Origin: Dehalococcoidia bacterium
GTDB taxonomy: Bacteria > Chloroflexota > Dehalococcoidia > Lucifugimonadales > Australimonadaceae
DNA: 64,000 nt
Reading direction: 5' to 3'
NCBI GenBank assembly: GCA_965248065.1
Contig: OZ252088.1
Location: forward strand, 1,406,368-1,470,367
Positions within the stretch are counted from its first letter, which is position 1, and every line of letters starts with the position of its first letter. The notes under the pieces are model-generated. The model saw only the letters and a program-made list of their open reading frames with translations, made no database searches and was not told where the DNA came from. The translations under genes and the position numbers were made by a program. Below are positions 55,259-64,000 of the stretch, piece by piece.

Positions 55259-55715
55259 CTGCGCACCTCCGATTCGAGGCTATTGGGTCTTTTCCGGCCC
55301 ATCATACTCCTACGCGGCAAGAGGCGGGCGCTGCGAGGCTCCCCGCCTTCGCGGGGAATATCTCACGTTGGCCTCCCCGCAGACGAGACCTTTGCATGGC
55401 CCTATTATCCGGCGGGCGTAACTCTTCCCACCCACCCGCCCATCATGTTGTGGAGGACACCCCCACGCCCCCGGCAGAGGGGCGTCGCCCCTCTTCGCTC
55501 CCCAGTATTCCAAAGCCGGTCCATGGTCCGACAGGCTCACCGCGAACCTACGGGATGCCTGGATTCCCGCCTGCGCGGGAATGACGGGGCGGGGCTGACG
55601 GCGGGCGGGGCGTTCTCCTCCCCCGCGCTCGCTGCGCTTGCGCGTCCCCTCCCGCAGACGGGAGGGGGTTAGGCGCGAGGTTCCCGCCTGCGCGGGAATG
55701 ACGGAGGGGGCTAGC
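55259..55715. repeat. intergenic repeat mosaic
   Basis: Palindromes at 55563-55582 and 55680-55699, a degenerate one near 55338-55360. GC-hairpin module at 55611-55668. Confidence 0.75.
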
Positions 55716-56954
55716 CTACGCGCCGTAGTCGGGGGCCATCGGGACTTGGTGGGTGAGTTGGGTGTCTTTGCCCGTGCGCGAGGACTCCATGATTCCGGTG
55801 ATGAGCTCCAGGGTGGCCATGCCCCACCGGCCATCGTGGTAGACCGGAGCGTCGTTGCGGATGGCGTTGTACAGCTCCATCAGGTCCTCGCGGCCCGCCT
55901 GGTAGCGCGAGATGCTCAGCGCCCGGTCCTCGATGCCGCCGTCCTTGTAGACGTACAGCCCGTAGCGGGACTGGCGCAGGTCGCCCCGCTCGCACGTCGC
56001 CACGAGTATGCCGAGGTTGGCGGGGCGCCAGGGGGGCGCCTCCTTGGGCGCTTCGCGCCAGAACCGCCGCTCGTGGTCCGAGCCGATGCGCAGCGAGTCC
56101 TTTGCCTCGAATTCGTCCCGCGTCCCGGCCTTGAGCTCGGCGCGTATGCGGACGCGGTCGTCGTGGGTGTAGCCCTCGATCAGGCCCCGTCCTTGCTCGT
56201 CGCTCCACGGGGTGAGGTCGGCGGTCATGGAGTAGCCGTAGCCGTTGTTCGTCACGTTCGCCGTGACGCCGTTTTCGAACTCCATGAGCGCGGAGTAGTA
56301 GCCGACGGCGTGGCGCTCAGGCCACCACTTGCCCGTCGTACCGCGGATGGTCTTGACCATCCCGCCGCCGAGGAGGCGCAGGCTGTCGAGCTGATGCGGC
56401 CCCTGGCGGTAGAGCACGCCGCCGCCGACGCTCTCATCGAGCTCCTCCGGCTGACGGGCTTGGAGCATCCAGTCCGTGAACGCCCAGTTGTTGAGCGCCA
56501 TGAGCGGGCCGAGCTCGCCGGACTGGATGATGCGGCGCATCTCCATGACCGGCGGGCTGAACCCGAGGGTGTGTCCACAGAGGAGCTTGACGTTGTTCTT
56601 GGCCGCCGCGTCGACCATCGCTTCGGCCTCGGCCATGCTGAGGGCCATCGGCTTCTCGGACACGACGTGCTTTCCCGCATTCGCCGCCAGGACGGTATGG
56701 GGGCTATGCCAGTTATTGGGGGTCGCGACCCAGACCGCCTCGACGTCAGGGTCGGCGCAGAGCCCTTCGGCGCTGTCGTAGACGCGGGCACCGGGGAAGC
56801 GGGCCTGGAACGCCTCACGGACGCGCGGGTTGGTGTCCGCCGCCGCCATGAGGTCGATCTTGTCCAAGCTCTCCATGTTCGGCATGATCTGCGTCGCGCC
56901 GACGCCGACCCCGATGACGCCCATCTTCAGCGGCTTGGCTTCAGCCATCGTCAC
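55716..56954 (-). CDS. Gfo/Idh/MocA-family oxidoreductase
   Basis: Rossmann N-terminus LKMGVIGVGVGA and the EKP motif VVSEKPMA. Confidence 0.85.
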   Translation of the reverse strand: MTMAEAKPLKMGVIGVGVGATQIMPNMESLDKIDLMAAADTNPRVREAFQARFPGARVYDSAEGLCADPDVEAVWVATPNNWHSPHTVLAANAGKHVVSEKPMALSMAEAEAMVDAAAKNNVKLLCGHTLGFSPPVMEMRRIIQSGELGPLMALNNWAFTDWMLQARQPEELDESVGGGVLYRQGPHQLDSLRLLGGGMVKTIRGTTGKWWPERHAVGYYSALMEFENGVTANVTNNGYGYSMTADLTPWSDEQGRGLIEGYTHDDRVRIRAELKAGTRDEFEAKDSLRIGSDHERRFWREAPKEAPPWRPANLGILVATCERGDLRQSRYGLYVYKDGGIEDRALSISRYQAGREDLMELYNAIRNDAPVYHDGRWGMATLELITGIMESSRTGKDTQLTHQVPMAPDYGA

Positions 56955-57367
56955 CCTCCCCGGTTGGTTCGGAGACCAACGCCCTCGATGTTTGCCGCCA
57001 CAGCGAGGTTCTTGTCCAACGTGGCGAGCACAGCCCCGCGACGGATTGCGGTTTCCAAGTAGGCGGCGTCGTACACGGTAAGGCGATGGCGGCGAGCTAG
57101 TTCGAGGGTCTCTGTTTCGACGTGGTCGGCATAGACCTCAATATCCAGTTCGCCGAGACGCTCCAAGAAGCGCATCGTTCCTTCACTGTTGATGCGCCCT
57201 CTCCGCTCGGAGTTGACCAGCACATTACGAATTTCGTACCAGAAGACCCCCGTGGTTATGCCGGGTTCGCTGATGAGACGCTCAGCGATAGCGCTCGCCT
57301 CGGCCGCTCCTTCTTCATCGGGAAAACACCACGCAATTGCCACGGAAGCGTCCAAGACGATAGCCAT
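56951..57367 (-). CDS. vapC: PIN-domain toxin (VapC family)
   Basis: MAIVLDASVAIAW...YEIRN...TVYDAAYLETA...LATLD. The stop overlaps the oxidoreductase start by 4 nt. Confidence 0.85.
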   Translation of the reverse strand: MAIVLDASVAIAWCFPDEEGAAEASAIAERLISEPGITTGVFWYEIRNVLVNSERRGRINSEGTMRFLERLGELDIEVYADHVETETLELARRHRLTVYDAAYLETAIRRGAVLATLDKNLAVAANIEGVGLRTNRGG

Positions 57368-57522
57368 CAGCGTCGACCCTCGTCTCGCATCTTCCGAATC
57401 TCCTCCCTCGACATCCGCTGCCGCTTGTCACGTTCTGCAAGCATCAGGGTTATCACCTGCCTGCGCCGCGTCTGCTCGTGCGCGGGGATGCCTTTGGGGG
57501 CCGCATTCCTTTTCGTAGCCAT
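57367..57522 (-). CDS. putative cognate antitoxin (short, basic)
   Basis: Start trimmed to MATKRNAAPKG at 57522. 1-nt overlap with the PIN gene. Family not recognised. Confidence 0.45.
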   Translation of the reverse strand: MATKRNAAPKGIPAHEQTRRRQVITLMLAERDKRQRMSREEIRKMRDEGRR

Positions 57523-57538
57523 GGCGTAATTGTACCGC

Positions 57539-58594
57539 TTACGCGATAACGCCCACGACTTTCTGCGAAACGACCTCCTCCTCACGATACAGCCCCATCG
57601 CTTCGACGATGGGCAGGTCGCTCATCGAGAACAGCACCGCGTCGTCGGACGAGTCGGTCCCGTGCTCGTGGGGCAGCCACGACGGCAGGACGAAGGTGTC
57701 GCCCTTCGACCATTCGAGGCGCTTGCCGTCGATGACCGAGTAGCCTTCGCCCTTGGCGGCGTGATAGACGACGCTCGACGTGTGCCGGTGGGCGGCGGTG
57801 CGGGACCCCGGCGCGAGCCGCTGGAGCTTGAGCGCCAGCGTCGGCATGCTGTGGCCGCCGGTGACGGGGTTCGAGTACTCCATGATGACGCCGTCGAAGG
57901 GGTCTTCCTCGCCGTAGCCGAGCAGGGCGCCGTAGGCCTCGTTCCACTTGTACGTGATGGGGAGCGTCCCGCCGACCACGTCCTTCGGGTTCGCGCGCAT
58001 CAGCCCGTTGCCGATGGCCGCGTTCGTGTAGCCGATGGGCTTGGTGATGGGCTGCACGTCCTCGGGGAAGGGCTCCTGGAACATGGCGTCGAAGTAGCCG
58101 ACCATCGGGGCGTCGAGACAGTCGAGCCAGATAACCGGCTTGTCCTCGGGGTTGTTGTGGTCGTGCCATGCCCAGCTTGGGGTGAGAACGAGGTCGCCCT
58201 CCTCCATCCGGAAGCGCTCGCCGTCCTGCACCGTGAAGGCGCCTTCGCCCTGGATGACGAACCGGATGGCGGCTGCCGTATGACGGTGCGCTTCCGCGAT
58301 TTCGCCCGGCCAGACGATCTGGACCGCCGCCGACATGGTCTTGGTCGCGCCGGCCTGGGGATTCTTGAGGCCGGGGTTGCGCATGGTGAGCGCGCGGCGG
58401 AAGCCCTGGCCCCTCAGGCTGGGCAGGTCGCCGGCGTGCATCGCCAGCTCGCGCATCTTCTCCCATCGCCAGACGTGGGGGGCGAGCTTGGGTCGCTCGG
58501 GCGGGTTGGCGTGCATCACCCAGAGGGGGTTGATGTTCTCGTCGTCGAGCTCTTGGTGGAACGCTCGTTCGCTCTCAGGCATCGTCCAGGCCAT
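57539..58594 (-). CDS. gentisate 1,2-dioxygenase (bicupin)
   Basis: Two cupin modules, AHRHTAAAIRFVIQGEG and AHRHTSSVVYHAAKGEG. N-terminal INPLW context. Confidence 0.8.
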   Translation of the reverse strand: MAWTMPESERAFHQELDDENINPLWVMHANPPERPKLAPHVWRWEKMRELAMHAGDLPSLRGQGFRRALTMRNPGLKNPQAGATKTMSAAVQIVWPGEIAEAHRHTAAAIRFVIQGEGAFTVQDGERFRMEEGDLVLTPSWAWHDHNNPEDKPVIWLDCLDAPMVGYFDAMFQEPFPEDVQPITKPIGYTNAAIGNGLMRANPKDVVGGTLPITYKWNEAYGALLGYGEEDPFDGVIMEYSNPVTGGHSMPTLALKLQRLAPGSRTAAHRHTSSVVYHAAKGEGYSVIDGKRLEWSKGDTFVLPSWLPHEHGTDSSDDAVLFSMSDLPIVEAMGLYREEEVVSQKVVGVIA

Positions 58595-58614
58595 GATGTT
58601 TCTCCTTCGCTTCG

Positions 58615-59313
58615 CTATGCGGGGCAGGCGTTACGGTACAACTCGGCAACTCGCTCTGCTAGAGCGTCCATTATCTTGGTTCCTACACGAGTCAGCGGCA
58701 GGTTCCAGCCGATGAAGCGCCTCCCTAACACGTCTCCACAGAATACGCGCATGCTGCGTTCGTATTCGGGGACCTCAATCGGGCCAACCTCGTCGATGTG
58801 CGCGTCTGTGCGCTTCACCTCGCGGACTACTGTCATGCCGTTCCCAAGCAACAACTGGATGTTTGGGTTTATCCCCAAGACTTCAGTAAAGAATGGCAGG
58901 CCATCGTCGAGCAACTTATCCTGAGCATTCGGGGGCACGTCTCCCCAGAGCGGGTCCGTCGCCCATTGGACGAGGTCTAATGAAGCCGCTTTGTGAGGGT
59001 AATCGGCGTTACGGAAGGAAGCGCCACAAGCGTTAAGTATCTTCTCCAAGGGGCCATGATAGGGGCGATGCCACTTCTTACGCTCCTCAAAGTACCCTCT
59101 CTTGTCCTTCCACGCTAGCTCTGCGCCTCCTGCGTCCATGGGCGGGTACAAGGCACGGCTTGCTCCGCTACGCGGATTGATGCCGACGGTGGCGGCTCCG
59201 GCTTTTTCGAGGTAGCCCGTACCGACTTGGGGTAGTGTGTCGTGTTGGACGCAACAGCCTTGAGGCGGCTGTGCGTTCAACTGCTCTCGTATGTACTCAG
59301 GAATCTCGCTCAT
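58615..59313 (-). CDS. hypothetical protein (GINP motif; possible uracil-DNA-glycosylase-superfamily fold)
   Basis: Start trimmed to MSEIPEY. ATVGINPRSG resembles the GINP motif of MUG/TDG-type glycosylases, but no other motif is secure. Lower G+C than its neighbours by eye. Confidence 0.45.
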   Translation of the reverse strand: MSEIPEYIREQLNAQPPQGCCVQHDTLPQVGTGYLEKAGAATVGINPRSGASRALYPPMDAGGAELAWKDKRGYFEERKKWHRPYHGPLEKILNACGASFRNADYPHKAASLDLVQWATDPLWGDVPPNAQDKLLDDGLPFFTEVLGINPNIQLLLGNGMTVVREVKRTDAHIDEVGPIEVPEYERSMRVFCGDVLGRRFIGWNLPLTRVGTKIMDALAERVAELYRNACPA

Positions 59314-59359
59314 CGCTGCTTCCGCATTATTGCCTACCACTCCGCCAAGGGCATTCTGG

Positions 59360-59379
59360 GTTCCCGCCTGCGCGGGAAT
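59360..59379. repeat. solitary palindrome copy between FAH and hypothetical genes
   Basis: GTTCCCGCCTGCGCGGGAAT followed by GACG. Confidence 0.8.
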
Positions 59380-59391
59380 GACGATATAGGG

Positions 59392-60246
59392 CTAGTACCG
59401 CGCCTCGGCCCGCGCCGATAGCTCGCCTACCTCGGTGATGTTGATCGTGACCAGGTCGCCGGGGGCGACGGGGCCGACGCCCTCGGGCGTGCCGGTGAAG
59501 ACGAGGTCGCCCGGCTCCATGCGGGCGACCCACGACATGTTGGCTATCTGGTTCTTGCAGTCGATGATCATGTCCTTGGTGAACGCGTGCTGCCGGAGCT
59601 CCTCGTTCACCCACAGGTTGATCTCCAAGTCTTGCGGGTCCGCGACCTCGTCGGCGGTAACGATGCAGGAGCCGATGGGTGCGAAGGTGTCGAACGACTT
59701 CCGCTTGCTGCGGTCCTCCGGCCCGCGAACGGTGATGTCCAGCCCGCAGGTGTAGCCGAAGACGTGGCCCAACGCCTCCTCGACGGGAATCGAGCTTCCG
59801 CCCTTGCCGATGACCATGACCAGCTCGGACTCGTGGTGGATGACGCGGTCCGCGTAGGGGAGCTGTATCGCGTCATTCGGCCCGGAGACTGAGCTCGACG
59901 CCTTGAGGAACATGCCCTGGTCCGACGCCACCTGCGGGGCCGTTCCGCTCCACGGGCTGTCCTGCATCTCGTCGTGGTGCGCTTTGTAGTTCACCGGCTG
60001 GGCGTAGACCTTGCGCGGCGCCGGGACGGGAGCGATGAGGCGCACGGAGTCGAGGGCTGCGCCTCCTCCGTCCGCGGCCATCCGCTCCGCCCCGGCCCGC
60101 AGGCCGTCCCACCGCTCGATCAGCAGGACCATGCGGAGCGGCTTGAACTCTTCCGGCAACTCGGGGAGGAGTCCTGTGATGTTGACGACGTTGTCGTCCG
60201 AGGTCAGGACTCCTATCTGGTAGTCATCAAAGCTGACGAGACGCAT
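59392..60246 (-). CDS. fumarylacetoacetate hydrolase (FAH) family protein (fumaryl/maleylpyruvate hydrolase-like)
   Basis: Start trimmed to MRLVSFDD, which has a GAGGAGAG RBS. HHESELVMVIGKGG, GYTCGLDITVR, DLVFTGTPEGVGPV. Confidence 0.85.
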   Translation of the reverse strand: MRLVSFDDYQIGVLTSDDNVVNITGLLPELPEEFKPLRMVLLIERWDGLRAGAERMAADGGGAALDSVRLIAPVPAPRKVYAQPVNYKAHHDEMQDSPWSGTAPQVASDQGMFLKASSSVSGPNDAIQLPYADRVIHHESELVMVIGKGGSSIPVEEALGHVFGYTCGLDITVRGPEDRSKRKSFDTFAPIGSCIVTADEVADPQDLEINLWVNEELRQHAFTKDMIIDCKNQIANMSWVARMEPGDLVFTGTPEGVGPVAPGDLVTINITEVGELSARAEARY

Positions 60247-60352
60247 CAATCTCTCCTCTACCTCTTGTCGATGCGGCGACGGTACCACCGGCCTGGGAGG
60301 CGGTCAACGGCCCCTCCCTCTCCCTAGCCTCTCCCGCAGACGGGCGAGGGAA

Positions 60353-60725
60353 CCTCCCCCGTAGAAGACGCATGATGCGAAATGACACGGTGGGGGCAGC
60401 GGGGGCGGCGCCCGGTGAGCCGGAAATGGCTCCCGTCCGGCGCATCGCACGACCGCAAGGGCTTGGTTTTGTCCGAAGATGCCTCGTCCATCTCACTCGT
60501 AACTTTCCCCGGCCTCCGAGTGGGCGGGGCTGCTCGACCGAGGCGAAGGGTCATTTTGGTCTCATTTGGTCTCATTAAGTCTCATTTACTCCTGAGCACG
60601 AGCCCGGCGCCGTAGGCAGCGGGACCCCTGTGGGACCACCCCTAGCCCCTCCTTACCAAGGAGGGGGACAGCGCGTAAACCAGTGTAGGGAGAGCGGGGA
60701 TGTTTGGGGAAGGGGCAAATGTCAG
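60353..60725. mobile_element. copy B of the ~0.4-kb non-autonomous element (right terminus missing)
   Basis: Colinear with 50169-50535 at roughly 80-85% identity by eye. Left end is CCTCCCCCGTAGAAGACGCATGATGCGAAATGACACGG. The 10-bp repeats lie at 60548-60587. Similarity ends after GGGGCAAATGTCAG. Confidence 0.6.
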
Positions 60726-61097
60726 GGACGGGGGTTCGGAGAGGGCGAGGGGTTGGTTGGCCGGCAGACGCGCAGACCCTCTTTCTAGCTCTCTCCCGTA
60801 GACGGGAGAGAGGACCGGAGGAGACGGGGGAGAGGGGCGAGGTTCCCGCCTTCGCGGGAATGACGGATAGGGGGCGCGGGAATGACGGATAGGGGGTTTG
60901 GAGGGGGGCGAGGGCTATGACGAGGGGAAGTCTGCGCGGACGAGGGGAAGTCTGCGCGCCGCCGCCTCTCCTCCCCCGCGCTTCGCTGCGCTTGCGCGTC
61001 CCCTCCCGCAGACGGGAGGGGGGTTCCTGGGTTCCCGCTTTCGCGGGAATGACGGAGAGAGGCGGAGCGCCTATTTTCGAGGGAATGGCGGGAGGGG
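60726..61097. repeat. intergenic repeat mosaic
   Basis: Intact hairpin CTCCCGTAGACGGGAG at about 60793-60808. Palindromes at 60842-60861 and 61031-61050. GC-hairpin module at 60955-61028. Confidence 0.75.
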
Positions 61098-61712
61098 CTA
61101 GTGCAGCGGAGAGAACGACGCCGGCAGCATGTGCCTGACCAGCTGGTGGACGGGGCGCTCCTCGGTGTGCGGCGGCCAGATTCCCTGGGGGATGTAGATC
61201 TTCCGGAGCTCGTCACGGTGCGCCCAGTTCTTGTAGGGCCAGAGCTGGTAGAAGCGGTTGAGCTGCCCGAGGTCGCTTGCGAAGAAGCATCCCGGCGATA
61301 GCTCCAGCCGCTTCGGGGCCTGCTCGGTGAACGACTGCATGACCGACCGGATTGCGCCCGACGGGTAGGTGTACATGCGCAGCTCGTACAGCCCGCCCCA
61401 TTCGCGCGGGCCGTCGAGCGGGTCGTTGATGGGCGACGGCGTGAGGATGTCGCTCTCCATGGACACGATGAACTCGGTGATGTCGGGCGGCCATACGCGG
61501 CTTTCGAGGGCCTTGGCCCGCACGTCGGCCCGCTGCTGCAGCGACTCATAGGCCCACATGTGCAATATCTGGTTGAGCGGACCGATGTCCGTATGCCAGA
61601 ACCCCACGAGGGGCGAGAGCTGGGTGCGCGCCTCGATCTTCTCCGCAAACCGCCGCTCCACCTCCGGGACGGAGTTGGCCGTCAGGTTGTACGTTCTCAG
61701 TTCATAAAGCAT
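61098..61712 (-). CDS. NIPSNAP-family protein (two NIPSNAP domains)
   Basis: MLYELRTY...ILHMWAYESL... and a second LYELRMYTY...YQLWPYKNW repeat. Confidence 0.8.
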   Translation of the reverse strand: MLYELRTYNLTANSVPEVERRFAEKIEARTQLSPLVGFWHTDIGPLNQILHMWAYESLQQRADVRAKALESRVWPPDITEFIVSMESDILTPSPINDPLDGPREWGGLYELRMYTYPSGAIRSVMQSFTEQAPKRLELSPGCFFASDLGQLNRFYQLWPYKNWAHRDELRKIYIPQGIWPPHTEERPVHQLVRHMLPASFSPLH

Positions 61713-61895
61713 GCCTGCCTCCTCTGCTTCGGTCCTCTACTCGCACGGAGTCTAACCGTTCCATTATTCACGCGCAGGCGGGAACCTGGTCTCCTCTGCT
61801 GGGGCGGATTTCAGACCCGCCTGCTGTCCCAACGTGGGATTACGCAAGGGTTCCGCAGACGGAGAGGAGGCTTCGGAGCAGACGGGGGAAGGGGG

Positions 61896-62285
61896 TTATT
61901 GCTTGGAGGAGCCGGGAGGAGAGAGGCGCTTCAGCGAGGTGAGCAGTTCCTCCATGAAGCCAAGGCGGTAGCGGATCTCCTCAGTATCCAGGAAGTCTTC
62001 GTAGAAGTTCTGGTGGAGCCGCGTCGCGGCGTCATAGAGCAAACGCAGCCGGTTGTCCTGGGTCTCTTGGGCGAGCCGCGCCGCTACGTCGGACAGGTCC
62101 CTGTGGGAGCCATGCTTCCACCCATGCCCCTGAGCAATCCGCTTGATTTCGTGGGCGGCGGCGCCCCATCCCTTCTCCGATGCTTGCAGCCGGTCGCCTT
62201 TGTCGAGTTCTTCGAAGGCGTGCGCAATGAACCTGTCCCTGTGGGTTGCGTGGTCCTCGCGGGGTTCTCCAAAGTTTGTAGTCAT
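61896..62285 (-). CDS. hypothetical helical protein, PaREP1/HEPN-like
   Basis: The EKGWGAAAHEIKRIAQGHGWKHGSHRDL pattern resembles PaREP1-type four-helix proteins. Weak assignment. Confidence 0.4.
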   Translation of the reverse strand: MTTNFGEPREDHATHRDRFIAHAFEELDKGDRLQASEKGWGAAAHEIKRIAQGHGWKHGSHRDLSDVAARLAQETQDNRLRLLYDAATRLHQNFYEDFLDTEEIRYRLGFMEELLTSLKRLSPPGSSKQ

Positions 62286-62392
62286 GGGGATTCTCTCGTT
62301 CCGATCGCGCCACTTTGGGCGCGGCTCTCCTCAGTGTTACGCGGGCGGGGGCGCCTGTCAATCAATCCGACGCGGCCGACCGACGCGCGCCC

Positions 62393-64000
62393 TTACGCGA
62401 GGGAGTCGGCCCCTATCATCGAGGCGAACTGCTCCCGGCAGAGCTCGGCGTAGCGCTGGTCCAGGGCCATCAGCTCGGCGTGGGTCCCGCGCTCGACCAC
62501 CCTTCCCTCGTCGATGTAGAGGATCACGTCCGCGGCCAGTACGGTCGACAGGCGGTGCGCGATGACGATGGTCGTGCGCCCCTCGGTGAGTCTGGCCAGC
62601 GCCGTCTGCACCGCCCGCTCCGAGTGGGAATCGAGGGACGACGTGGCCTCGTCGAGTATCAGGATGCGAGGGTCCTTGAGCAGCATCCGCGCAATGGCCA
62701 GCCGCTGCTTTTCGCCCCCGGAAAGCCGGTAACCCCGTTCCCCGACGACGGTGTCGAACCCGTCCGGCAGGTTCTCAACGACCTCCAGCACGGACGCGGC
62801 GCGGCAGGCCTCGATCATCTCGGCGTGGGTGGCGTCCGGGCGCGCGATCCGCATGTTGACGCCCACCGTGTCGTGGAAGAGGAACGTCTCCTGGGAGACG
62901 TACCCGATTTGCCCCCGCAGCGACTCCAACGTCAGTTCCTTGATGTCCACGCCGTCGAGCAGCACTCGTCCCTCGGTGGGGTCGTACAAGCGTGGAATGA
63001 GGTAGGTGATGGTCGTCTTTCCCGCCCCGCTGGGCCCGACCAGCGCCGCCATCTCGCCCGGCTTGATCGCGAGGTCCAGGGCGTCCAGCGCCTTCCGGCC
63101 CGGCGTGTACTCCATGGCGACGTTCTCGAAGGCGAGAGCGCCCGCGGCGTTCTCTATGTCCACGGCGCCGGGCGCGTCCGCGATGTCAGGCTCGAGGTCC
63201 AGGTACTCGAAGATGCGCTCGAAGTAGGCGGCGGACGTGACCACGTCCACGTGCAGCGACATCAGGTCCGTCGCCGGCGTGTAGAGGCGGCTGAGGAGCG
63301 CGACGAAGGCCACGATCGTCCCGATGGTCAGCGAGCCGGAGATGACCTGGCCGCCGCCGAACCAATAGATGACCGCCGGGCCGCCGGTCGTCACGATGAA
63401 CAGGAGCATGAAGTACCAGCGCCCCACGAGCGCCTCGCGGACCTGGAGCTGCATCAGGTCCCAGTTCTCGCGTTGGAACCGGTCCAGCACCTCCCGCTCG
63501 CGAGTGAACGTCTTGATGAGCATGAGGCCGCTGATGCCCAGGCTCTCCGCCATCAGCGAGTTGACCGACGCGCTGCGCTGCTGCCGCTCCGTGCGGAGAC
63601 GGCGTCGCAGCTTCCCCACGGTCAGCGTCGGTACGATCAGCCAGGGCAGGACCATCAGCGAGACGATTGTCAGCCGCCAATCGAGAGCGATCATCGTCAC
63701 GAGGGTCGTCGTCAGGATCAGCGCGTTCTGCGAGATGGTCACGAGGGTGCCGGAGATGATGGTGTCGATGCCGGCGATGTCGCTCGTCAGCCGCGACATG
63801 AGCTCGCCGGTGCGGGCCTCGGTGTAGAACCGCAGGGAGAGGGACTGGAGCCGCGTGAACATACGCAGCTTGAGGTCGTACATGATGCGCTGGCTGACGA
63901 CGGTGTTCAGGTAACTCCGGAGCACGCCGATCAGCCCGAGCGCCACCGCCGCCCCGAACAAGCTGACGGAGAGCCATAGCAGCAGCGACCTGTCGGCGCC
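62393..64000 (-). CDS. ABC exporter, fused permease-ATPase (MsbA-like), N-terminus beyond the window
   Basis: Walker A GPSGAGKTT, signature LSGGEKQRLAIARML, Walker B ILILDEATSSLD. The TMD is upstream. The frame stays open to the window end. Confidence 0.85.
   Translation of the reverse strand, partial: GADRSLLLWLSVSLFGAAVALGLIGVLRSYLNTVVSQRIMYDLKLRMFTRLQSLSLRFYTEARTGELMSRLTSDIAGIDTIISGTLVTISQNALILTTTLVTMIALDWRLTIVSLMVLPWLIVPTLTVGKLRRRLRTERQQRSASVNSLMAESLGISGLMLIKTFTREREVLDRFQRENWDLMQLQVREALVGRWYFMLLFIVTTGGPAVIYWFGGGQVISGSLTIGTIVAFVALLSRLYTPATDLMSLHVDVVTSAAYFERIFEYLDLEPDIADAPGAVDIENAAGALAFENVAMEYTPGRKALDALDLAIKPGEMAALVGPSGAGKTTITYLIPRLYDPTEGRVLLDGVDIKELTLESLRGQIGYVSQETFLFHDTVGVNMRIARPDATHAEMIEACRAASVLEVVENLPDGFDTVVGERGYRLSGGEKQRLAIARMLLKDPRILILDEATSSLDSHSERAVQTALARLTEGRTTIVIAHRLSTVLAADVILYIDEGRVVERGTHAELMALDQRYAELCREQFASMIGADSLA

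Overview
High-GC bacterial chromosomal segment. Hand counts of single 60-nt lines give about 65-75% G+C in typical genes. Strong GGAGG ribosome-binding sites and lipoprotein solute-binding proteins with long Pro/Thr linkers suggest a monoderm, Chloroflexota-like (SAR202-style) heterotroph; this taxonomic call is inference only. I call about 60 protein genes, dominated by paralogous catabolic enzymes: four Rieske non-haem-iron oxygenase alpha subunits, three amidohydrolase-2 enzymes, two LLM/F420-type oxidoreductases, two dienelactone hydrolases, two SDRs, a gentisate 1,2-dioxygenase plus FAH-family hydrolase, a family III CoA-transferase plus acyl-CoA dehydrogenase, a CoxS/CoxM-like pair, a Zn-ADH, a PrpD/MmgE protein, an isochorismatase-like hydrolase and a cupin. 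Transport genes are a dispersed ABC importer (permease, ATPase, binding protein), a CDF exporter, two MFS, TctA plus a TctB-like protein with three tandem TctC paralogues, and a partial MsbA-like exporter. There are five type II toxin-antitoxin loci: two VapBC-like, HicAB, RHH-PIN with an extra RHH copy, and MazEF-like. Mobile and decayed DNA comprises an intact IS30-family element, a truncated second copy, a frameshifted IS66-family element, a 145-bp MITE derived from it, a second TIR-bounded element of about 0.4 kb in two copies, an orphan phage terminase large-subunit gene, a multiply frameshifted SulP gene and a TPP-enzyme fragment. The most unusual aspect is a dense mosaic of short repeats built around a 20-bp palindrome, ATTCCC-N8-GGGAAT (17 good copies plus 5 degenerate). 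The mosaic fills intergenic regions, is the insertion site of the IS30 element, and is inserted in frame into two protein-coding genes (terminase, CoxS tail). No rRNA, tRNA or CRISPR array was seen.
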